This document shows, piece after piece, positions 33,173-44,023 of a stretch of DNA of 64,000 bases (positions are counted from its first letter, which is position 1; every line of letters begins with the position of its first letter). Both the position numbers and the translations under genes were made by a program. This DNA is from Lepidodermella squamata (Eukaryota > Animalia > Gastrotricha). Where the stretch lies: the NCBI GenBank assembly GCA_047495785.1, contig JBLDXI010000054.1, positions 1,674,001 to 1,738,000 on the forward strand, read 5' to 3'. A model generated the notes under the pieces. That model was not told where the DNA came from. It was given only the letters and a program-made list of their open reading frames with translations, and did not search any database.

Positions 33173-34093
33173 TTCAATGTATATATTATATTATATACTT
33201 CAAAGTAATTATATTAGCTATAGGTTCTTACGAACGATGTTGCATTTTACGGGGAGGAATTTTAGTTCCGGATTACTCAAACTCTGTATCCCGATGTGAA
33301 TTTAAACGTCGCGACTCGAGAACACGAATCCATTAAGCAAGGCGCCGGGGTGGAAGCTGAAAGACAAAGCGTAAGCTGGTCAGCCTAAAAGGTCTCAAAT
33401 GTCTCGAATTCGCATAACGGGACTCAAGCTAAACTTAGTATTAGTATGAAGATGAAATGTCTATAGCAAACATATTCGGTCGATTAGACCCATGCCATCG
33501 ATTAGACAAAAGACAAATAGCACGAGTCGACTAAAATCAACTTGTTTGAGCTTCCAACAGTGTGCGACTTTCTGGCGGGATGGGGGAAATTCTCTAATGT
33601 GTTCTCGCTTCGTTCGTCAATTTTGCGTTTGATGTCTCTCGGGGATCGTTTAACCTCCAAACTCCTACAAGATCGGATCATTGGTCCCCTCTCCAGAGTC
33701 TAGTCCTCCACTTGCAAAATATTCGCAGAACTGTGAATGAGCTCTGAAGCACGGCACTGGAGAAGCGGAGTAGAACAGAATGGCAATTTGCCGCGTGCGA
33801 AAGGGAAGGCGAAGGAGTGTCGCAGTAGGAATTCGTCGCAAGTGACAATTCGCACATTATTATTAAATTCACATCTGCACGGGAAGCGTTACTGGCTTCA
33901 TGATGTACTCGATTTGCTCAATTGTACCTGATTTCAGGTGATTTCAGGCTTATTTCAGGTCTCGAACAACAGATCCAGGAAAGCGTTACAGTCGCATCCG
34001 CGCTTAAGTGGAATGCTATCAGATCGAATCTTGCCTGAAATCCACATCATTTTATCAGTCTCGACCAATTTCTAAACAATTAAAAGAGCATAC

Positions 34094-35261
34094 ATGAACA
34101 AATCTGCTGATTCATCATGGGTTTACGCCATAGTCCCCGGCCGTGGATTCGACAGTGGTAGGTATTGGTTTGTAGCTTCCTACAATTCGCCATTTCAGTC
34201 ATTTACCGAACGCTTAACGTATACTTTGATTTACTTGTTCATCACAATCGCAGTTTGCATTTCAAACATTGTCAATGTCTACATTTATTGGAGGCGATGT
34301 GTTAGGCGAGATTTTCTAATTCTCGTCATGCTTCTCGGCATCTCCAACTCTTGGTTCTGTATTGATTATACAATTCTCATGGTGATGACTACTCCTCGAG
34401 GTCATTTTGAGGGAAATGAAGTGACCTGCCTAATGCTTACCTGGGCGTATTACGTCGCAGTCTCCTTCGGTCAGTGCATTTGCATGCTCATAAGCTATGA
34501 GCGACGTGTTTGCATATCCCGTGCGCTGCCAATATCTGGCGTGAATCTGAAACGCACCTTGTTATCAGCCACAGTCATGTTGGTTTATGTCTTACTCACT
34601 ACCTTCCCTGTTTCGTTGTATCCTTATGGAATGAGCCGTCAAATGATACCGATCAATGACAACGGAACTGAGTTCGCTGCAATTTGCGGCCCGTTCGAGC
34701 GTAGACTTGGAAATCTTGATACATCACTTATCCGGCCACTTGTTATGTTTGCCACAACCTTTCTGCCACAAGCATTTCTCGCCTACAATTATTGGTTTGA
34801 ATTGCTGAATGTCACTGATCAGTCTCTACTTTTTTATTGAATATAGGAGAATCTTCTTGACTGTCTCATCCTATCGTCATTTCACAAGCCATGGGATCCA
34901 CGATTCTGCTTCTAAGCTACCTAAACAAACGAGCAGTAGAGTCGCTCTTGCTGATTTGTCAACACGGCAGGCTAAATGGCTTGCTCGGGAAACCTTTCTA
35001 GCTAAGCAATCATTCGTCTCCTTTTTGTTATTGATGACTTCGTTCATTCCTGGGTTCTTCGTGTTAGTTGCTTACATTCTGTTCGATAACGCAGGTCCGA
35101 AGATGCTCACGTCCGAAGTCTACAAAATTTCAGTTATTGTGCTGATGGTGCAGATGATTCTAGTTCCTATAATGCAATGTTTGAGGCCTAGCTTCACAGC
35201 TGGGCTAGCCGCCAGATTTGCAGAACTTCGATCCAAGATCCACCGCACTGCTATTTTTTGA
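34094..35261 (+). CDS. Divergent class A GPCR; 2 exons (intron 34795-34846)
   Basis: Family motifs; intact after splicing. Confidence 0.9.
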
Positions 35262-35590
35262 AAATTAAGAGATTGTGTTAGAAATCAACATTTTCACGCT
35301 CGCAACAACACAAACAACAAGTTTTAAGCTTTAGGAAAAAAACATCTGTGATTTTTCAATCGCGTATTAACTATTTTGCGAAATTCGAATCAGTAGTTTT
35401 TAACGAAAAAAAATCGAAAAAATAAAAAAAATGTCTAAATTGGCATACAATTATGCTTCCGTATTGCTGGATCAAAGTCCAGGTGGTCACGTGGCATGAA
35501 TAGCTAGTTCTGAGGCGTTGTTTTTTTCGTTGCTTCGTCGTTTCGTCGTTTCGTCACTTCGTCACCTTTTACAAAAAGACTTACGAAACG

Positions 35591-35841
35591 AAAAAAGGGA
35601 ATGAAAGGAGGATTTGAACCCGGAACCTTAATGATCAGAACAATGGATTTGAGCCACTGTACAATAGGAGACTTTCTATCTGCAACCGGCAAAAAACGCT
35701 AAAGTGTAGCGTTCGTTTAGTATATAAAAATGCCGAACGAGGATGACTACCATGACCCAGCACTATTGCTCAGTGGTTTCGCCTTGTCCGTCTAAACCCA
35801 GTGGTCCCGGGTTCGAATCCTCCTTTTACCCCATTTTTTTT
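35591..35841. repeat. Head-to-head pair of tRNA-like (A box/B box/oligo-T) units around a TATA tract
   Basis: Minus: TTGTACAGTGG (35664-35654), GGTTCAAATCC (35620-35610), T6. Plus: TTGCTCAGTGG (35766), GGTTCGAATCC (35810), T8. TATATAAAAA at 35721. Confidence 0.65.
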
Positions 35842-36979
35842 CTTTCCTTCAGTATAAGATGACGAAGTACCCTTTCCGAAATTTCTTTCTAGGAGCAGAC
35901 ACTTCGAGTCACGAAAAAAAATCGGAGGACTGATTGGAAGATCCTCAATACAAATTTTTATATCATAGGAATGATCCATTTAGGCTTGATTTGATTCAAT
36001 AAGAGAAATACTAACGCAGGATTCTCTAAAATCGAACACACGTAGTTCGGTTCCGAATTTCATCCATTTCATCAAATCGACTGCTTAACAGCGAAGTAAA
36101 CCATGATTACTGAAAATCGATAATCAAATTGTGTTATGTAGGTTGCACTAACTCGCGATGACTCAGTAGGAGTTCCTCTCCTAGAACTTCCGTTAGATTT
36201 AGGTTTTCTTCTTCCGTTATAATATCTTCCGTTAGATTTAGGTAACCTTACCCTAATGGAATGAGTGGCTTTATTAATGGTAATAACTGCGTTAAGGTTA
36301 AGCTCGTGCAGTGGCGTAGCCAGGATTTTGTATGGAGGATGGGTTGATAATATTTTAACCTTGGCCTCGAAAAATTTTGACTCTGATTCCTAGTAATTAA
36401 ATCCTATTTCAATATTATATCAGTTTTCACTGAAACCTCTTTAACGATCTTAAGCTTAATAAAACAGTCAATACAGGAGTAGTATTGATGGGAGAAATTA
36501 ACGAAAGATGCTTTTGCATGCAAAGATGCAGAGCGATGTTTTCGATTCCAACTATTTGTACTGCATATTACTCTAGGCTAAGCTGACATAAACAACGGAC
36601 TTATTTATACATGATATATCGTAAGCCAGACTTTTCGGTGTCTTTTTGCTGCTTTTGTTTCCTATTTTGGAAATTCGAGCTTTGAAATCGAGCGAGATGT
36701 CTACTGAAATCCCCCTCCTATATGCCCGGCATCGGCTCAAGCGACGATGAAAAGCTCTATGTGAGCAATAAACTGCAAAAGGAAAAATCGGAAACGTTGC
36801 TGCGAGAATCCGTGTCAAAAGTAAAAATCTGCATTGATAGCAGTGATAGCTGCATCCGCTTGCGCATACTCCAATTTCATCCTAAAATCCACTGGAGACC
36901 TGCAATTAGGTCATTTATATTTTCGACCTCAGGCAAATTTTGATTGACGATCTTAATAATCAGCTGCATTTATTGAAAA

Positions 36980-38187
36980 ATGAACAAATCTGCTGATTCA
37001 TCATGGATTTACGCCATAGTCCCCGGCCGTGGATTCGACAGTGGTAGGTATTGGTTTGTAGCTTCCTACAATTCGCCATTTCAGTCATTTACCGAACGGC
37101 TAACGTATACTTTGATTTACTCTTTCATTACAATCGCAGTTTGCATTTCAAACATTGTCAATGTCTAAATTTATTGGAGGCGATGTGTTAGGCGTGATTT
37201 TCTAATTCTCGTCATGCTTCTCGGCATCTCCAACTCTTGGTTCTGTATTGATTATACAATTCTCATGCTGATGACCACTCCACGAGGCCACTTTGAGGGC
37301 AGTGATCTGACGTGTCTAATGCTGAGCTGGGGATACTACGTCGCATGCGGCTACAGTCAGTGCGTCTGCATGTTGATAAGTTACGAGCGACGCATTTGCA
37401 TCTCCCGGGCTTTACCAACTTCGGGCATGAATTTGAAACGGACCATGCTTTTAGCCGCAATTATGCTGGGTTATGTTCTGCTCACTACTTTCCCTATATC
37501 TCTTTATCCCTACGGATTCAGTCGCAAGATGCTACCGATTAATGAGAATGGAACTGAGTTCGCTGCGTTCTGTGCATCATTCGAGTATAAACTTGCGGAT
37601 GGGGTAGATACTTCAATACTTCGACCGTTGGGTTTACTCGCTATTGCTTCTCTCTCGCAAGGCTTCCTTGCCTACAATTATTGGTAAGCCTATTAATAGT
37701 GGATAGTTTTCAATTTCTTTACCATAATTTTAGGGTTATCTTCAAAACCATGTCGCGTTTTCGCAAACGTCTTCATATTACAACCTATGGACCCTCGGTT
37801 TCATCTTCGAAAATTTCAAAGGGAAAGGTAAGTTCTGTCCCGAGAGGAACGGGTACCTCAGTCGCACCCGTTTCCTTGTTATCAAATCAGCAAGCGCAGT
37901 GGCTTGCTCGGGAAATGTTTCTAGCAAAGCAATCATTCGTTTCATTTGTCATATTGATGGTGTCTTTCATGCCTGGGACCGTAGTTATGGTAGCGAGCAT
38001 TCTATTCGACAGCGTGGGTCCGAAAATACTGACGTCGGATTTCTACAAGGCATCAGTAAGCGTCGTGATGTTACAAATGATGGTCATCCCCGTAATGCAA
38101 TCGTTGCGACCTGGTTTCACCGATGAATTGGCTGCTAAATATGCTGATTCGAGAAAGGCCATGATGCGATTCTTCAGGCGGAATTAG
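36980..38187 (+). pseudogene. Class A GPCR with a single nonsense codon (TAC>TAA, 37166-37168); intron 37684-37733
   Basis: Otherwise colinear and in frame with paralogs (VNV*IYWRR vs VNVYIYWRR). Confidence 0.88.
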
Positions 38188-39221
38188 CTCGATCTCGAAA
38201 TTGTCGTTTACAAACTGTAGGCCAAAAAACGGTTGCGATCTAGAAATCGGGCAATGGTCAGCCGCCCTAAAATATACAACTTCACACTGTTTGAATAATT
38301 AGACGAAGGCTTTCTATTGCGAAGGATTTCATTCTGATTTTTCGTGTTCAAGCTATAGAGAACGTAGTGATCACTACATTCTCTATGATTCAAGCCAAGG
38401 AAAGCATGATGCACATCCAAATATGTTTCCGTTGTATGTAACTAGGAAGTAACTAGCTATGTAACATTTTTAAAACTCGAATGTTTCTGTATTCCTAGCA
38501 AGCCAAGTTTTAATAGGCCTCTGACGTAGGCTCAAAAAAGTTGGGCGATCGAGATCGATCACTGCTAGATTTGCTGATTGCTGAGCTTCAAACCACTGCG
38601 ACGGGGTTTATCAAAACCAAGTGATCATCTTAATAGAATGCAAAACATCGATTATTATAGTTATACCTGTCCCGCTTTTCCCGTCAGAACATTTTATTCA
38701 TGTTCGATCCTCCATTCAGTTATTGATTAAAATTTGAAGATGATCGATTGGTTAAATTGGATCGATCTCTTATGAATGTACTCGCGAAACTCATGACCAA
38801 AAGACGAGTTTTTCAATGTCGACTCTTTCGAACCTTTCAAATAAAGTTTCATGAGGCAGATATAGGTTCAGAGGGTTCAGATATAGCTTCATTCCATCAA
38901 CTTTCTGCCTTTTAAATTCTTTAGAACCTTATAACTTTGTTTGGAAAACCTAGAACTGATCTCGAATATTCAATTTTAATTCATCAGCAATTTTTCTAAT
39001 CAATGAATCTATTTGATTGTTTCTGATCCTGTATGGGATCCCTGTAGAAATCGCATTGCGGATTATTACTGAATTTTTCAATTTGTTGAACTAACGGAGA
39101 CTATGTTCTTCAAACATCAAACAGAACAATTCCTCCAGCGTGTTGCTGTATCCATCGCTTAAAATATCGTTTGAGACATCTTTCGGTAGTTCATCAAACA
39201 GTAATCAAACATTAATCCGCT

Positions 39222-40349
39222 TCAAATTCGACATCCCAGTTTAGTAATGAAGATTCTCAGCTTTTCGGACCATTCTGAGAAGAAACCAGGACGTAGACTT
39301 AGAACTGTGGGGGCTATAACCATCTCTAGCTTCACCACCATGACTGAAGTTTTGCAGAAGTTTGAAGTAAGAATTTCTGGTCCAACGCTTTTATGAAGAG
39401 CGAGCATTAAGAAACTCCACACGAGGGGAACATGGAATAATGCGAAAGCCATGAATGAAGTCATCGACTGCTTTGCGAAAAACGTTTCACGCGCAAGCCA
39501 TTCAGCTTCTCGAAGCCGCGAAGAACTAGAGGCGAGATTGGAATCGCGTTTTACGGAAATGAATTTAGATCCAACTGATGTGGCTGGCCTCAGAGGTATA
39601 GCTTGTCGTACTCTCCGCAACGTTTTGAAAAAATGCCAGTAGTTATTACCAAGAATCATACCTTGTATAGTTGCTAAAACTATTGTAATCGTAACACGCA
39701 TAGCCGCACTATCTGTCGGCCCAAGCTTGTAGTCAAATGGTCCGCAAATTGGTGCATAATACGTATGGTTTCCATTAATATTTGAGAACGGTATCATTTG
39801 CCTAACTTGCCCATACGGGTAAATTGTCACTGGAAAGAGAAAAGCGATGTTGGCAAGGAAAAATCCAAATGCTGACACCCACGCTTTCCAAACAATGTGA
39901 TTTCTTGTTGTCGGAAGTGTGGTTGAGATGCAACGCCGCCGTTCATAGCTTATCAACATCATAATACTGATGCTAAAAGCACCGGTGATGTGAGACACCG
40001 ATGTGATTGATGTGCATGAAATACTGCTGTATTCCCATAGTCCTGTTTCTGTGGTCATTGCCATGGGAGCTGTGCAGGACACGCTGTAGATTGTGTTGGT
40101 TACAGCCAATATTGTATTAAGGACAAGGAAGTCTTTTCTAGCCCCTCTTTTGTAGTAAATAAAGGTGTTCGCCGAATTTGAAACGCAAACGCTGATTGTC
40201 AAAAGAAAGCATGCGATAGTGAATCCAAGACGGTTTTCGTATGAGTCTGCTGGAGAGTTGAAGATGCCGATAAACCATAAACGATTATAGCCATATCCAA
40301 GATCAGGCAGAGTCACATTGACCCATGCTGAGTATTTCGAATTCTCCAT
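39222..40349 (-). CDS. Divergent class A GPCR, intronless subfamily
   Basis: 375-aa ORF reading straight through NNYWHFF; family motifs intact. Confidence 0.92.
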   Translation of the reverse strand: MENSKYSAWVNVTLPDLGYGYNRLWFIGIFNSPADSYENRLGFTIACFLLTISVCVSNSANTFIYYKRGARKDFLVLNTILAVTNTIYSVSCTAPMAMTTETGLWEYSSISCTSITSVSHITGAFSISIMMLISYERRRCISTTLPTTRNHIVWKAWVSAFGFFLANIAFLFPVTIYPYGQVRQMIPFSNINGNHTYYAPICGPFDYKLGPTDSAAMRVTITIVLATIQGMILGNNYWHFFKTLRRVRQAIPLRPATSVGSKFISVKRDSNLASSSSRLREAEWLARETFFAKQSMTSFMAFALFHVPLVWSFLMLALHKSVGPEILTSNFCKTSVMVVKLEMVIAPTVLSLRPGFFSEWSEKLRIFITKLGCRI

Positions 40350-41032
40350 TTAAAGATAAATGCTCTTAAGTAGAGAATGACGTGTTCTCCGCCAGTAAAA
40401 AGCTCGCGGCAGCATTTTCTACGCCTTCCGTCACAGGTAAAAAATGCTTAAGCGACCTTCCTGCGTCTCTCACCGGAATATGGAAAGGCTATTGATTATT
40501 GCTCGTTCCACTTAAATCTTCGATCATAAAGTGTTAGAATGTACAATTTATACGCTCGCAGCAAGCCGATTTGCTCGTGAGAGTATTTTATTTTAGCATA
40601 GATCATTCATTCAAATACAGTGAAACCTATGATCGTGAAATCGCGCGGTACCGTAAATTCAGTTCACTTTAGATAAAAGACAAAATGCCCGATTTTTGAG
40701 TTTAGACCAAACTTAACCATATGTTTTATTTCGTTTCATTATTTATTCTCACGACAAAATTTGATATTCTGAATCAGCGTAAAAGGTTGGGGCTACGTTT
40801 GTACTTAGCTTTAGGCTGGATTTGACTGATCTTTCATTGCCCTTATAGTGAGTGCGCCGGCAAAACTCAAGTGCTTTAATACCTCAAATCCATCCGTTGT
40901 GATGTCAACTTCTCGGAATCTGTGGAAAAATCTGATCACATAATTTATTTTTAGATGAATTCATTAGATTGTTTTCAATCCTTGAAAGATTGGGCTAAGG
41001 ACTGAAGGATAAGAATTCAACAATATTTTGCA

Positions 41033-42137
41033 TCAAAATCGAGATCTTGGTTTAGTGATGAAGACTCGCAGCTTTTCGGCCCATTCTGAGAAGAAACCAG
41101 GTCGCAAACTAAGAACTGTATGGACTATAGCCATCTCCACCATCACCAACATAATAGCGCTTCTACAGAAGTCTGAAGTAAGAACATTTGGTCCAATGCT
41201 TTCATGAAGAGCAAGCATTAAAAAACTCCACATGAGAGGAACATGGGACAATGCGAAAGCCAAGAATGAAGCCATAGACTGCTTCGCGACAAAAATTTCA
41301 CGGGAAAGCCACTGAGCTTCTCGAAGCCGCAAAGAACTTTGTTGAGTTGGAGCGGGTTTCACAGAAATCAGATTAGATTCTGCAGCCATTGCTGGCTTCA
41401 GGGAATTAGCCTGTCTTACTTTCCGCAACGTTTTGAAAAAATGCCAGTAGTTAATACCAATAATCAAACCCTGTACTGTTGCCAGAAACATTGTTATCAT
41501 AAAACGCATAACTGCACTGTCTATCGGCCCAACCTTGTAGTAAAATGGTCCACAAATCGGTGCATAATACGTCTGGTTTCTACTTGCATTATTATTCGAC
41601 AACGGTAGCATTTGCCCATACTGGAAACAAAGCAGTGATGTTGACAATGAAAAATCCAAATGCTGACATCCACGCTTTCCGAGTGTGATTTCTTGTAGTC
41701 GGAAGTATGTTGGAGATGCAACGCCGCCGTTCGTAGCTTATCAACATCATAATACTGATGCTGGAAGCACCTGTGATGTGAGTCAACGCTGAGAGTGACG
41801 TGCACGAAATAGTGCTGTATTCCCATAGTCCTGTTTTTGTTGTCATTGTCATAGAAATTGTGTATGATATGCAGTAGATTGCGTTGGTGACAGCCAGTAT
41901 TGAAGTAAGGACTAGAAAGTCTTTCCTAGCCCCTCTTTTGTAGTAATTAAAGACATTCGCGGAATTCGATATGCAAACACTGATTGATAGAATAAAACAG
42001 ACAATAGTGAAGCCTAGTCGATTTTCGAATGAAACTGCATGAGAATTGTAGAGGCCGATAAACCATAAACGATTAAATTCATACCCAAGATTAGGCAGAG
42101 TACCATTGACCCATGCTGAATATTCTGAATTCTCCAT
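41033..42137 (-). pseudogene. Intronless class A GPCR with a frameshifting deletion at the end of TM4
   Basis: FPV(TIYP)YGQ(VRQ)M collapsed by small deletions near 41610-41625; both halves match 39222-40349. Confidence 0.87.
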
Positions 42138-42649
42138 TTCAAGATAAAGGCTCGAAAGTAGATGTGTTCTCCTTCAGTAAAAAGCTCACAGTGGCATTTC
42201 CTACGCCTTCCGCTTCAGGTCAAGAAGATTTACCTGTACTTGCACAAACGATTTTGCACAAAAGCCTTTGCACAAATGCAGTTGCACAAAATATTTTGCA
42301 CAAACTCCATTTTCATATCGGATATCAACATTCAACGCGTGGAAAATCTGTCTAATGCAAGGGCGGGGAAGTCTTGAGTGATAGTAGCAGAAAAAATGGA
42401 CATGGCATCATTGATTGATCGATTTCAGCTTCATTTCATCAATTCATCATTGCCCTAGATCCGAACGTGAAACTCGCCAATCCTTGTAATTTAAACTCGA
42501 ATCGGACGCAGTGAAATATCTCAGAAAGCTGGGCCCGAAATCAGTCTTTGATGCCTATGGGCTTTGTCTTCAATTTGGAATATTCAATTTTCTTATTAAA
42601 CTTGATTCCGCTTACTTACTTACTTAACTTACACAATAACACTAAAATA

Positions 42650-43270
42650 ACAGCGGAATTATTTTGCGAAGAAAATCCTGGCGTCGTTTTACATCGGACT
42701 GTTAGCCGATTGATTAAACGGTTAGAAAAAACGGGGAGGGTGCATGATTTGCCAAGCAGCGGCCGTCCTAAGGTTACCAAAAGGTTCAAGGCCTGAGTTT
42801 GTTCATGATCAACGGCAGCAAGGTGCTCCAAAAGGTTTGGTCTGGGCAGGCATTCTAGGCGATAAATTATCGGACCAATTTTCTTTGAAGGTAATGTGAA
42901 TGTAATATAGCCGAATATTTGAAAAATTGAAAGAAGAGATTATTCCTTTAATTTTTGCCTGTCGTCGTCGCTACGTTATTTTTCAGCTAGACTGCGCATT
43001 ATGCCATTGAAGTTTTTTGAATGCAAATTTCAAAAATAGCTGGATTGGTCGTGCTACCGCGAATGACAGGAAACTCTGCTTGACAGGAAGCCAGCCAGAT
43101 CACCGGACCCAACACCCCCGGATCTTGTGGCATTTTGAAGTCTCAAGTTTACAAAGCCCAGCCGCATGATATCGAAGAACTCAAAAAACGGATCAAAGCC
43201 ACGTGCGCTACGATCACTCCGCTAATTTTTCAAAATTTACGAATGGCTTGGGTGATGCGCCTTCGATGCT
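42650..43270 (+). mobile_element. Degenerate Tc1/mariner-superfamily transposase relic
   Basis: VSRLIKRLEKTGRVHDLPSSGRPK (HTH/GRP), VWAGILGDKIIGPIFFEGNVN, WIGR, PARSPDPTPPD, LKSQVY...IEELKKRI; multiple disruptions. Confidence 0.85.
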
Positions 43271-44023
43271 TCCTCAAAGATAAAGCCCACCGTGCCCACC
43301 GTGCGGAACTTCTGATTGCCACTGTAGCAACTCGTCATCAACAACAACTGCGAATTCGCTCTATAGGCTTAATAATGAAAAATCCATTTCTCCATATTGC
43401 ACGACGAGTTCAAACGACAAAATTTACCCGGGTTCTTTCGCTGAATATCGAGATGGCATCTACATATTTTTCGACCATTCAAGGATTATGAGCCATAGCT
43501 GCTAAATCTGCCAGGATGATATCCCCCCAGAAAGTCGCGCACCGTGTATATTTATTGTTTAGAATCCTATAGTCCATTCTTGTAATTTGGGCCTTTTTCC
43601 AGTTCATACGTATAGTCGCACTCCCTCACTAGTTGCATTGATAGATCAAGAATTTCATGATCAAGGTGACAATTTCATGGACATGGTCCATATTGCCGAG
43701 GCGCTTTCCGCTATTTGTTGCCAGAACGCATGATTAATGGGGCGTTTTAGATTATGTCTTCATAAATTCCAGATTTGAGTGGTTCGCGCAAATGAGATGT
43801 GCGACACTCATCAGTTTAAAAACCATCGCTAACGCATGAGTCTGTTGAGTGCTATGGGTCAAATTACCTGACTCGAAAATTGATAGCTAATCTATCACTA
43901 TAACTAATCGACGTTCAGTAAATGTAAATCCTTTGTCCATTGATATTCGATCGTAGCTTCTGGATTCTCTGCATCCCCTCGTTCTAACTCGTCCGCTATT
44001 CCGCATTCATTTTATTTGATAGA

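Noticed and set aside
37166-37168. Stop-codon reassignment or readthrough
   Set aside because: Single TAC>TAA change; TAA terminates other genes here normally.
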